Assembly: GCA_964502735.1 (NCBI GenBank)
Contig: CAZCYD010000002.1
Location: 74,218 to 138,217 of the forward strand
Direction of reading: 5' to 3'
DNA: 64,000 bases
DNA from: an uncultured Pseudobdellovibrionaceae bacterium
GTDB lineage: Bacteria; Bdellovibrionota; Bdellovibrionia; Bdellovibrionales; UBA1609
Part shown: positions 37,242 through 46,364 of the stretch, in pieces
Numbering within the stretch: the stretch's first letter is position 1
How the letters are laid out: every line of letters begins with the position of its first letter
Notes under the pieces: model-generated
Database searches by the model: none
The model's input: the letters and a program-made list of their open reading frames with translations, nothing else
What the model was told of the DNA's origin: nothing
Program-made: the position numbers and the translations under genes

Positions 37242-37883
37242 ATGTATCAGATTCGAAGACATAAAAGACCCTTTGCCATACCCCTGTTAATTGCCATCAA
37301 TATCGCTGTTTATTTAACGTGGAGATTGGGCTGGCTTCCACAGGATTTTATGAGTCAAAACTTTCTAATCAGCTGGTCGGCTCTTGAGTCGGGTAGATAT
37401 TGGGTGCTTTTAACGCCTGCGTTTTCTCACATTTATTTATTCCACATTTTTATTAACATGTATGTATTAAAAAGTTTCGGTGGCTTTATGGAAGTTTTTA
37501 TGGGAAGGCGTCGAATACTCTTGTTTTATATATTTGCTGGAATAATAGGAAACCTCCTCCACGCTGTCACTTCTTACTTTTTGTTAGACAAGCCTGAATT
37601 ACCAGCCTTGGGGGCCTCAGGTTCAGTTGCAGGAATTATTTTATTGTTCTCTCTGCTTTTTCCTAAAGAAAAAATATTGTTTTTTGGCATTCTGCCCATG
37701 CCTGCTATTTTTGGAGCTTTAGCCTTTGTCGGGTTTGATCTTTGGGGGCTTTATACTCAATCTCAAGGAGGAGGCCTGCCAATTGGGCATGGTGCGCATC
37801 TAGGGGGAGCTTTTGCCGGAGTCATTTATTTTTTATGGCTGAGATGGAAGTCCTTAAAAGGGCTAAATACGGGTAGGATTTGA
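37242..37883 (+). CDS. Rhomboid-family intramembrane serine protease (second copy)
   Basis: GASGSVAGIILLFS catalytic Ser motif and HGAHLGGAFAGVIYF His motif. ATG 37242 is preferred over the track start TTG 37233. Confidence 0.85.
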   Translation: MYQIRRHKRPFAIPLLIAINIAVYLTWRLGWLPQDFMSQNFLISWSALESGRYWVLLTPAFSHIYLFHIFINMYVLKSFGGFMEVFMGRRRILLFYIFAGIIGNLLHAVTSYFLLDKPELPALGASGSVAGIILLFSLLFPKEKILFFGILPMPAIFGALAFVGFDLWGLYTQSQGGGLPIGHGAHLGGAFAGVIYFLWLRWKSLKGLNTGRI

Positions 37884-38380
37884 TGCTTGAAAAAGAACTT
37901 CAAAGATTTTTACATGGGTTTAGATTACAAAAAAGAATATTTATTTTTTTTGTACTTTTGGGAGCAAGTGTCGTATTTGGGTTGTTGTTTTATGGAGGGC
38001 TTCCTGATGGATGGGTGCGATCTTGGATATTGGTTCCAGCTTTATTGTTTACAATGATTAGTGCCCTGGCATTGGTTAGAGCCATAAAAAAAATAAATTT
38101 TTACGAGTCAGTTTTTAAATCCTCACAAATTAAAAGTGGAATCGTGACCTTGGTTCAATCGGCGAATATAAAAGAGGGTGAAGATTTGATAGCTGATCTT
38201 GAATTAGAGAGAGAAAGGTGGGAGATCCATCTTTATCCACCTGTGTTTAATGTTATCAATATGCGTGGACAGTCTCAAAGTGTCGATGTTTTATTGGACA
38301 ACGAAAAAAAACCAACAATTTTGGTAACTCGATCCGGCTGTTTTTTTGCTAACTCTTCAAGGCTAACCTTGCGAAAATAA
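37883..38380 (+). CDS. Hypothetical two-TM membrane protein
   Basis: The ATG overlaps the rhomboid stop (TGATG). Two hydrophobic helices are followed by a soluble domain. No motif recognised. Confidence 0.5.
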   Translation: MLEKELQRFLHGFRLQKRIFIFFVLLGASVVFGLLFYGGLPDGWVRSWILVPALLFTMISALALVRAIKKINFYESVFKSSQIKSGIVTLVQSANIKEGEDLIADLELERERWEIHLYPPVFNVINMRGQSQSVDVLLDNEKKPTILVTRSGCFFANSSRLTLRK

Positions 38381-38394
38381 TTTTTTATAGAGTC

Positions 38395-40218
38395 TTATAG
38401 ACCTTCCAGACTTTTTTCGTACTCTAGAGAGATTTCTTCATAGAGCTTTAACAGTTTATCAAGTTTATCGTAATGAGCTTCTTGTTTAAGTTGTAATTGG
38501 CCAATAGATTTGTAGGTCTCTTGTATCTGGTTTTTTCCGGAGGGGTTTTCAATTTCTATCATAACTTCATCTTGCAAGATTTTGAGTCGTATATCGGTTT
38601 CTTCAATAAGTTTTTCTAGGTCCTCCATTTCACACTTGAGGGGAGAGAGTTCTCGGGACCTTTTTTGGATCAGCTCGGCTCTTTGTCTTTTGGTGTCTTT
38701 ACGTTCAGTCTTATTTTTTTGTTGAGATCGAGAGGGGGATTCCTCCCAGCCAAATTCTTCAAGAAATTCTTGATAACTTCCATTGTACACTTCACAGCCA
38801 CTTTGTCGGAAAACAATCAGTTTAGTGGCCACTCGCTTAAGTAAGGCTTCATTATGAGTGACGACAAGTACGGCCCCTGGGAAAGCATCAATCTCTTCAG
38901 TTAAAACCTCTATAGCTTCCATATCAAGGTGGTTTGTCGGCTCATCTAACATCAATATGTTGCTGGGCTGAGCTAAAACTTTTCCCAACAAAACTCGACT
39001 TTGTTCTCCTCCTGATAAAACAGAAATTCTTTTCTTAGCATCATCCCCAGAGAACATCATGGCACCACAAATACCCCGTATCTCAGAGGTTCCGAGTTCA
39101 ATGTTTGCACTTGAGATTTCTTCTTCTACAGTGGCACTTGGAAGTAAGTCTTTTTTGTGAGTTTGTTGATAATAGCCTATTTTTGTTGTGGGATGAAAGT
39201 TAAATCCACCTTCTAAAGGAGGGTATTTGCTGGCTAAAACATTTAGCAGGGTTGTTTTCCCTTTGCCATTTTTTCCTATTATGGCTATGCGGTCAGTTGA
39301 TTTCACTTCAAAACTCAAATTTGAGAATAAAGGAGTCTTGTCAAATCCAAATGTCAAGTTGTTAACTTCTAGTTGGCGTTTGGCAGGAGTTTCTGAGTAA
39401 TTAAAGCGGAAGCCCATGATCTGTTCACTGTCGAGCTGTTGAAGGATGGACATTTTTTCAATTTTTTTAGCTACAGATTGTGCCTGAGTGGCTTTATTGG
39501 CTTTTGCACGAAAGCGCTCGACAAATCTTTGCATATTTTCAATTTTTCTTTCTTGGTTCACTCGAGTCTTTTCGTAGATTTCTTCGTCAATTTGAAGTTG
39601 AGTGTAGTATTTGTCTGTCGAACCTTCGATTTTCCTCAATCTTTTTCTGTGAAGCCCCATAGTGTGTGTCGTCACACTATCCATAAAGTCTCTGTCGTGG
39701 GTAATGATTATGACTTCTCCAGGAAAATTGTTTAGGAATTTTTTCATCCATTGCAAACTTAAAATATCAAGATAGTTAGTGGGTTCATCCAATAGCAACA
39801 AGTCGGGCTCTTGAAGTAGACATTTTGTCAGATTGATTCGCAGTTGATAACCCCCGGAAAACACCTTTGGATTTTTGCAAAGATCCTCTTGATTGAATCC
39901 GAGACCAAATAAAATTTTTTCAGCCAAGTAACTATCGTGTTCACGTCCGGGAGGTAAATATTGTGTACACTCTTCCAGGAGATTATTTTGGCTAAAACTG
40001 ATGTGTTGCTCTAAGTGTCCCAATTTGTATCCAGAAGGCATGGAAATGGCTCCATCATCAGAATCTTCTTTTTTAAGCAAGATCTTAAAAAGAGTAGATT
40101 TTCCGGATCCATTCCGACCCACAAGCCCCACTCTTTCGCCTTTGGACAGAGAAAAGGTGGCATCTTCAAGTAGTACTTTGTGCCCATATGATTTTTTTAT
40201 TCCAGAAGCTTGAATCAT
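38395..40218 (-). CDS. ABC-F family ATPase (two ABC domains, no TM domain)
   Basis: Walker A motifs GRNGSGKST and GKNGKGKTT. Signature motifs FSGGYQLR and LSGGEQSRV. A basic coiled-coil C-terminal extension is present. Length 607 aa. Confidence 0.9.
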   Translation of the reverse strand: MIQASGIKKSYGHKVLLEDATFSLSKGERVGLVGRNGSGKSTLFKILLKKEDSDDGAISMPSGYKLGHLEQHISFSQNNLLEECTQYLPPGREHDSYLAEKILFGLGFNQEDLCKNPKVFSGGYQLRINLTKCLLQEPDLLLLDEPTNYLDILSLQWMKKFLNNFPGEVIIITHDRDFMDSVTTHTMGLHRKRLRKIEGSTDKYYTQLQIDEEIYEKTRVNQERKIENMQRFVERFRAKANKATQAQSVAKKIEKMSILQQLDSEQIMGFRFNYSETPAKRQLEVNNLTFGFDKTPLFSNLSFEVKSTDRIAIIGKNGKGKTTLLNVLASKYPPLEGGFNFHPTTKIGYYQQTHKKDLLPSATVEEEISSANIELGTSEIRGICGAMMFSGDDAKKRISVLSGGEQSRVLLGKVLAQPSNILMLDEPTNHLDMEAIEVLTEEIDAFPGAVLVVTHNEALLKRVATKLIVFRQSGCEVYNGSYQEFLEEFGWEESPSRSQQKNKTERKDTKRQRAELIQKRSRELSPLKCEMEDLEKLIEETDIRLKILQDEVMIEIENPSGKNQIQETYKSIGQLQLKQEAHYDKLDKLLKLYEEISLEYEKSLEGL

Positions 40219-40427
40219 AAACTATTACCAATAACTCTTTAATCTTCTCTTGTCTATGCAGGCCATTTTACAGCTATTTTTTTGATATAAAATTAGTTTT
40301 TGAGGCTCTCAATTTTGGGTTTAAGGATTAAGGGGGGTAGGAGTGACGTTAAAAGGGACGTTAAGGTTGCAATTGATTAGCGAGCTTGTGGCGCCTTGCA
40401 ACAAGCACTTGGAAGGTCTAACAAAAA

Positions 40428-40466
40428 GAAAATCTTAACGCATTTTATCCGCGGATTTGGGTAAAA
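40428..40466. repeat. REP-like family copy with a degenerate left arm
   Basis: AATCTTAACGCATTTTATCCGCGGATTTGGGTAAAATACA matches the archetype loop and right arm. It lies in the divergent ABC-F/ftsY spacer. Confidence 0.7.
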
Positions 40467-40637
40467 TACAATCGAGTGAATAAGTTAGATTGAACAACTC
40501 AAAAAGGAGGGAAGGAATCTTCTGTTGCTTTGAATCGAGTTGTGATAATACCCAGAGGTTAATTTTAATCGATGTACTTTTAATGTAATTCATAAATTTA
40601 ATGTAATTAATAAATCTAAAAGGCTGGAGTCAGTTCT

Positions 40638-41816
40638 ATGGAAGCACTTTCAGAAACATGGATATGGGTATTATTTGGCGTTACAATTTTACTCGGCATA
40701 ATACTAACAGTCGTTTATTATTTTTCTCGTTATTACTTTAAGACGAGTCGAGATGATAAGGAAGTTATTTCTAAACTACTTTCTGAGGAAGAGTCAGAGC
40801 CTCTTATTTCATCCGCTCCATCAGATCAAAAAGAAGTCGAAAAAATCGAAGATGCTGTGAAGCCCAAGGATGTTGTAAGTCCCAAGAGCATCGCAAAGCC
40901 CAAAGAGCTTAAGGAAGCTTTGTACAATACGCGTGAGGGGCTTTGGGGTAGAATTAAAGGGGTTTTTGCCAATAAGATAGGGGTAAATCAGGAGGATTTA
41001 GATAGCTTAGAGGAAATTCTCTACACTAGTGATCTGGGGCCTCAAACTGTGCAGAAGTTAGTCGAGACCCTTTCTCAAAATCTATCAACTGAAGAAAAAC
41101 AAGATGTCGAGAGGTTGAGAGGGGCTATTAAGTCAGAAATGCAGAAAATTTTTGAAGGTTGCTCTTCGGGAGTTAAGTCCCTAGTTGAGAGTGTGCGGTC
41201 GCAAAATAAACCCGCTATTATCATGGTTGTCGGAGTTAATGGTGCAGGAAAAACTACCAGTATTGGTAAACTCGCCAATCTGTTTGCCTCAAAGGGGCTA
41301 AAGACGATGGTTATTGCTGGCGACACATTTCGTGCGGCGGCACGGGAGCAGTTGGACGTTTGGGGGCATAGGGCTAATGTGGAGATTTTTAACCCTGGCA
41401 ATGTGCAGGACCCTAGCGCCGTAGCTTTTGATGGCTGTAGCTCTGCCAAGGCTAATGGTTTTGATGTTGCTATTATAGATACAGCCGGAAGGCTTCATAC
41501 CCAGGCTAATCTGATGGAAGAATTAAAAAAAATGAAAAGAGTTGTGCAAAAAGTTTTGCCAGAGGCCCCTCAGGAGATATTAATTGTTCTAGATGCCAAT
41601 TCAGGTCAAAATGCTTTGGTGCAGGCTAAGATGTTTGACGAGGCCTTGGACTTAAGTGGAGTCATACTCACAAAGCTAGACGGAACAGCTAAGGGCGGTG
41701 TCGCTTTAGGTTTGGCCTATGAACTGGACTTGCCTATTCGCATGATTGGCATAGGCGAAGGTATTGAAGACCTGCGGGACTTTGAGCACAAAGAATTTGT
41801 TGATTCAATTATTTAG
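40638..41816 (+). CDS. ftsY: Signal recognition particle receptor FtsY
   Basis: N-terminal TM helix and acidic region. SRP-GTPase motifs GVNGAGKTTSIGKLA, DTAGRLH and TKLDGTAKGG. Confidence 0.92.
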   Translation: MEALSETWIWVLFGVTILLGIILTVVYYFSRYYFKTSRDDKEVISKLLSEEESEPLISSAPSDQKEVEKIEDAVKPKDVVSPKSIAKPKELKEALYNTREGLWGRIKGVFANKIGVNQEDLDSLEEILYTSDLGPQTVQKLVETLSQNLSTEEKQDVERLRGAIKSEMQKIFEGCSSGVKSLVESVRSQNKPAIIMVVGVNGAGKTTSIGKLANLFASKGLKTMVIAGDTFRAAAREQLDVWGHRANVEIFNPGNVQDPSAVAFDGCSSAKANGFDVAIIDTAGRLHTQANLMEELKKMKRVVQKVLPEAPQEILIVLDANSGQNALVQAKMFDEALDLSGVILTKLDGTAKGGVALGLAYELDLPIRMIGIGEGIEDLRDFEHKEFVDSII

Positions 41817-42018
41817 CCCCAATCATTTAAGTCAGTATTCACTTAAAGCTCTGTGTAGGCTTACTGTGTAGCTGAGAATGGCGCATTGCGCATGGAGTTT
41901 GTGACAATTTTATCCCTGCCCCAAGGATCTTCCTTTGACCAGAGTTAGGTTTATATCATATGAATAATACTAGGGTCTGAAAGAATTTTACGATCAGCCC
42001 TAGAGAATACTTGAGGTG

Positions 42019-42330
42019 ATGAAATTGGAAAAGCACCTGTTTGAAGTGCAAGTTGCGGGTTTATCCTTAAAATTAAAATCGTCTCACGATGAGGAGACGG
42101 TGCGGCAACTAGCTTCACTGGTAGATGTAAAAGTAAATGAGGCATTGGAACTAGGTAAGAATGTGTCATTTCAAAATGCTCTTTTATTGGCGGCTTTACA
42201 TCTAGCTGAAGATATGACTTTGCTTAAACAGATGGCTGATAAAAAGCTAAAAGCTTTGGAAAATAAATCTCTAGATATTTTATCTGACCTCGAAGATTCT
42301 CCAATATCGCGAATTCGGCTTGATAACTGA
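42019..42330 (+). CDS. zapA: Cell division protein ZapA
   Basis: About 100 aa, with the pattern ...V.V.G....L......E..V..LA..VD.K........G........ALL.AL.LAE. GAGGTG lies upstream of ATG 42019. Confidence 0.7.
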   Translation: MKLEKHLFEVQVAGLSLKLKSSHDEETVRQLASLVDVKVNEALELGKNVSFQNALLLAALHLAEDMTLLKQMADKKLKALENKSLDILSDLEDSPISRIRLDN

Positions 42331-42356
42331 ATTGGCTTTGAATAGAGAGAATTGAG

Positions 42357-42935
42357 TTGTTAACATCAGACAAAAAGCAAAAGATCCGTCAGGATTTACT
42401 TTTGCGTAGAAGCCATTTAAATGAGGGTGATAAAAACCTCTTTGATCACAGAATTCAGAGTTTCTGTCGGGCTCTGCTGGAAGAGTATCGGCCCTCTATT
42501 GCCGCTGGATACAGGTCTTTAAAACATGAGGCCTCTTTGGATGGTTTGTTTTTTTCTGAAAATCAAAAGTGGGCTTTCCCTGTTGTCACTAAAAATCATT
42601 TAACATTCCGATTGGCAGAGAGTTTTCACAGTTTTGATGTGGGTTCTTTTGGTGTACTTGAGCCAAGTTCAGACTGTTTGGAAATTCCATTAGAGAATTG
42701 TCCTCTTGTATTTGTTCCTGGAGTGGCTTTTGACGGTCGCGGCAAAAGACTGGGGATGGGCAAGGGCTACTATGATAAGGCCTTGTCAAGCTATTCAGGA
42801 GTTAAGGTTGGAGTTTGTTACAAACTTCAAATTTTAGAGGAGTCTCTTCCACATGAGGCTCATGATGTTGAAATGGACTTTATAGTTACAGAAGATTTTA
42901 TTTTATCGCCAATTCACAATAAGAGGTTAAATTAA
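42357..42935 (+). CDS. 5-formyltetrahydrofolate cyclo-ligase
   Basis: VFVPGVAFDGRGKRLGMGKGYYDK motif, 192 aa. zapA-adjacent synteny is known from other proteobacteria. Confidence 0.85.
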   Translation: MLTSDKKQKIRQDLLLRRSHLNEGDKNLFDHRIQSFCRALLEEYRPSIAAGYRSLKHEASLDGLFFSENQKWAFPVVTKNHLTFRLAESFHSFDVGSFGVLEPSSDCLEIPLENCPLVFVPGVAFDGRGKRLGMGKGYYDKALSSYSGVKVGVCYKLQILEESLPHEAHDVEMDFIVTEDFILSPIHNKRLN

Positions 42936-44518
42936 TGGAGACACAAATCATTATTACAGGTCTAGTGAGTATTATTTTGGGCCTGGGCCTGGGAGCGGGG
43001 TTATTGCATTTTTATTCAGTTATTCAGGGTAATAAAAAAAAGGAAGCTGCCCAAAAAGAAGCTGAGAGAATTGTTAATAGAGCTAAATCACAGGTATCTA
43101 AAATAGAGAGAGAGGCTGTAGCCAAGGCAAAAGACTTTGAAGCCAGAGCTAGAAAAAATGCTGAAAATGAAATTAAAAAGCAAAAGCAAAAGCTGACTCA
43201 ACAGGAGATGCAGCTAAAGGATCGAGAAGTACAGATTCAAAAAGAGTACAAAAAGAAAGAAGAAGACTTGCAGACTCAGGTCAAGGATCTTAAGGATCGG
43301 GCAGAAAGGCTGGTCATTGCTGAAGAGAGAATCAAAAACATGGAAACAGAGGTTGTTGAGCAGACAAATAAACTACAGAAGAAGTTGGAGTCCATTTCAA
43401 GCTTAACCTCTGAACAGGCCAAGGAAGAACTTATGCTAGCAATGGAAGAAGAGGCTCATCGACTGGCAGCTGTGCAAATCGAAAAGATAGATTCAGAAGT
43501 TAAAAAAGAGGCCGATTTTAAGGCTAAACAAATATTGACCACGGCGATTTCTCGTTATGCAAGTGAAGTGGCTACAGAGAGAACCGTGAGCATCATAGGA
43601 CTAACCAGTGATGAGATGAAGGGAAAAATTATTGGTAGAGAGGGGCGCAATATCAGGGCTCTGGAGGCCGCCTGCGGAGTGGATTTAATCGTAGATGAAA
43701 CGCCAGAGTCTGTCGTCATATCAAGTTTTGACCCCGTAAGAAGAGAAATTGCTCGTTTAACATTGCTGAAATTGATGGAAGATGGTCGTGTTCATCCAGG
43801 ACGAATTGAGGAAGTCGTTACTCAGGTGAAGACAAAACTGCAAGAGTCCATAAAAGAAGATGGAGAGAGAGCTTGTTTTGATTTGGGTATAGTGAACATG
43901 CACAGCTCATTGCAAAACTTATTGGGAACTCTCAAATATAGACAATCAAATATGCAGAATTTGTATAAACAAAGTATTGATGTGGCTTACCTTGCAGGAA
44001 TGTTAGCGGGCGAGTTAAATGCAAATGTAAAAGTGGCTAGGCGAGCAGGCCTATTGCATATGATTGGCCGCGCGATCGATCACACTGTAGAAGGAAGCTA
44101 CGCTGCCGTAGGAGCTGAATTTGCCAGGCGTCATGGCGAGGATGATCATGTTTGTCAGGCTATCCGGTGTCACAATGGAGAGGTCGAAGCCAGGTCTTTG
44201 TTAGATCATTTAGTTCAGGCTGCCTTTAACCTAACAGAATCCCGTCCTGGAGCTAAAAGAAATAATATGGAGGGGTATATCCGCCGTTTAGAAGATCTTG
44301 AGTCCATAGGTAATAGTTTTGATGGGGTATCTAGAACATTTGCCATACAAGCAGGAAAAGAGATTCGTGTTTTAGTAGACAGCGGAAAAATCACGGATGA
44401 TCAGTCTAAGATGTTAGTTCGAGATATAGCTAGAAAAATTGAACGCGAGCTAAACTATCCTGGGCAAATTAAAGTTACGGTCGTTAGAGAAACTAGAATT
44501 GTAGAACACGCGAGGTAG
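42935..44518 (+). CDS. rny: Ribonuclease Y
   Basis: N-terminal TM helix, a long K/E coiled coil, the KH motif [12 protein letters not shown], and an HD domain (HMIGRAIDH...). Confidence 0.92.
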   Translation: METQIIITGLVSIILGLGLGAGLLHFYSVIQGNKKKEAAQKEAERIVNRAKSQVSKIEREAVAKAKDFEARARKNAENEIKKQKQKLTQQEMQLKDREVQIQKEYKKKEEDLQTQVKDLKDRAERLVIAEERIKNMETEVVEQTNKLQKKLESISSLTSEQAKEELMLAMEEEAHRLAAVQIEKIDSEVKKEADFKAKQILTTAISRYASEVATERTVSIIGLTSDEMKGKIIGREGRNIRALEAACGVDLIVDETPESVVISSFDPVRREIARLTLLKLMEDGRVHPGRIEEVVTQVKTKLQESIKEDGERACFDLGIVNMHSSLQNLLGTLKYRQSNMQNLYKQSIDVAYLAGMLAGELNANVKVARRAGLLHMIGRAIDHTVEGSYAAVGAEFARRHGEDDHVCQAIRCHNGEVEARSLLDHLVQAAFNLTESRPGAKRNNMEGYIRRLEDLESIGNSFDGVSRTFAIQAGKEIRVLVDSGKITDDQSKMLVRDIARKIERELNYPGQIKVTVVRETRIVEHAR

Positions 44519-44519
44519 T

Positions 44520-45749
44520 TTGTTGTTTCCCCTAAAACCTGAAGAACAAATTGTTGAACTTAAAAAGGGCACTGTAGATTTTGTAAATGAGACTGAACTT
44601 TTGCGTAAACTTAAAAAAAGTTATGAAAAGGGAGTGCCTCTAGTTGTCAAAGCAGGATTTGACCCTTCCCGACCAGATTTACATTTGGGTCATGCGGTTT
44701 TAATTAATAAACTAAAACAGTTCCAGGATTTTGGCCACGACGTGGTATTTTTGATTGGGGATTTTACAGCTTTAATTGGAGATCCCACTGGAAAAAATGA
44801 AACTCGTCCTCCGCTGACTGCTGAGGAAATTTCTGTAAATGCTCAAACTTACGCCAAGCAGGTTTTTAAAATTCTTGATCGCAATAAAACAAAAGTGGCT
44901 TATAATAATGCATGGTTTGGCAAATTTACAGGTGCGGATTTTATTAGATTAGCTAGCCAGTATACTGTGGCAAGGATGTTAGAGAGGGATGATTTCCATA
45001 AGCGATTTACTCAGCAAGATTCTATTTGTTTGCATGAATTTCTTTACCCTCTAGTTCAGGGATATGATTCTGTGGCTCTCAAGGCAGATGTAGAACTTGG
45101 AGGAACGGATCAGTTATTTAACTTATTAATTGGACGGGATATTCAGAAAAGCTATGGGGTAGAGCCTCAATGTGTAATGACGGTTCCGATTCTAGAGGGT
45201 CTTGATGGTGTTCATAAGATGTCTAAGAGTCTAGATAACTATATTGCAATAGAAGACTCTCCGACAGAAATGTTTGGTAAAACAATGAGACTTTCAGATC
45301 CTCTGATGTTGAAGTACTACGAGCTGCTGACGGATAAGACTGTTGAGGAGATGAAAATCCTTAGGTCTGATTTAGACAATGGAAAGCTTCATCCTAGAAC
45401 GGCAAAAGTTGAATTGGCTAAGTTTTTTGTTTGTCGTTTTCACGGCAAAGTTGAAGCTGAAAACGCCGAGTTAGAGTTTGATCGCATTTTCAAAAATAAA
45501 GGTTTACCCGATGAAGTGCCATTATTTAGTTATGAGACGCAAGACTCCTTGTGGATATGTCATTTGATGGTTCAAACTCATCTCGCCTCCTCGACCAGTG
45601 AAGCGAGAAGGTTGATCCAAGGGGCCGCGGTAGAAGTTGACGGGCAAAAAGTCCTAGACGTGCAATTCAAGATCGATCTTTCAGAGCCAAAAGAAGTCAT
45701 AATCAAAGCAGGTAAGAAAAAGTTTGCAAAAATAAAGGTGATAAAATGA
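44520..45749 (+). CDS. tyrS: Tyrosine--tRNA ligase
   Basis: HIGH-type motif [14 protein letters not shown] present, and a C-terminal S4-like domain. TTG start. Confidence 0.9.
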   Translation: MLFPLKPEEQIVELKKGTVDFVNETELLRKLKKSYEKGVPLVVKAGFDPSRPDLHLGHAVLINKLKQFQDFGHDVVFLIGDFTALIGDPTGKNETRPPLTAEEISVNAQTYAKQVFKILDRNKTKVAYNNAWFGKFTGADFIRLASQYTVARMLERDDFHKRFTQQDSICLHEFLYPLVQGYDSVALKADVELGGTDQLFNLLIGRDIQKSYGVEPQCVMTVPILEGLDGVHKMSKSLDNYIAIEDSPTEMFGKTMRLSDPLMLKYYELLTDKTVEEMKILRSDLDNGKLHPRTAKVELAKFFVCRFHGKVEAENAELEFDRIFKNKGLPDEVPLFSYETQDSLWICHLMVQTHLASSTSEARRLIQGAAVEVDGQKVLDVQFKIDLSEPKEVIIKAGKKKFAKIKVIK

Positions 45750-46333
45750 AAGTAAAATTTCTTCCACAGGGTGAAGAATTTGAAATACAGCCAGATCAAA
45801 GTGTTATGAAACTGGCCCACCAAAAAGGGCTTAAGATTAAGTCTGTATGTAATGGGCTGCCATCCTGTGCAGAGTGTAGAATTAAAATTGTTGAAGGTGA
45901 GCACAACGTATTGCCGCCATCTGCCAAAGAGTTGAGTCTTATCGGAACGGGTCACTTTATTGATCAAAGGCGGCTGTCGTGCCAGTTAATATGTTTTGGT
46001 GACATCACTGTAGACCTCACCGAACAAATGGATAAGGTTATTCACGAGCAACAGAGAAGGCCGCAAGGTAGCCTTAAAAAAGATGACTCTGAAGTTTCTC
46101 ACGCTGTAACGGGCAATCTAATTGATTTAGAAGCTCCCTTACTTGAAGAAGTTGATGTGGCCAGAGACCGAGGTGGCCGACGTAGGGAGGGGGCTCCAGA
46201 TAGGGATGGCCGTAAGAGTGGGGGGTATAGAGAGAACAGGCGAGATCACCGCCAAGGGGCAAAGGCTAGCAGTAAAAAAGGCAAAGATAATAATCGCCCC
46301 AGCAAAAGATACAAAGAAAGGCCAAAGGGTTAA
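45746..46333 (+). CDS. [2Fe-2S] ferredoxin-domain protein with an Arg/Gly/Lys-rich C-terminal tail
   Basis: Cys pattern C-x5-C-x2-C-x34-C ([10 protein letters not shown]...LSC), followed by ~70 aa of [34 protein letters not shown]... The ATGA overlaps the tyrS stop. Confidence 0.65.
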   Translation: MKVKFLPQGEEFEIQPDQSVMKLAHQKGLKIKSVCNGLPSCAECRIKIVEGEHNVLPPSAKELSLIGTGHFIDQRRLSCQLICFGDITVDLTEQMDKVIHEQQRRPQGSLKKDDSEVSHAVTGNLIDLEAPLLEEVDVARDRGGRRREGAPDRDGRKSGGYRENRRDHRQGAKASSKKGKDNNRPSKRYKERPKG

Positions 46334-46364
46334 TTTACGGGTTGAATATTAATCCAAATGGTCT

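Noticed and set aside
41817-42015. A 6S RNA (ssrS) near zapA and the 5-formyl-THF cyclo-ligase gene, as in the zapA-ssrS-ygfA synteny of other proteobacteria
   Set aside because: zapA and the cyclo-ligase gene are only 26 nt apart, so there is no room between them. The 200-nt gap upstream of zapA shows only small local hairpins (for example CTAGGGTCTGA...TCAGCCCTAG). It has no long closing stem or central-bubble architecture that I could fold by eye. A covariance-model scan would be needed to revisit this.
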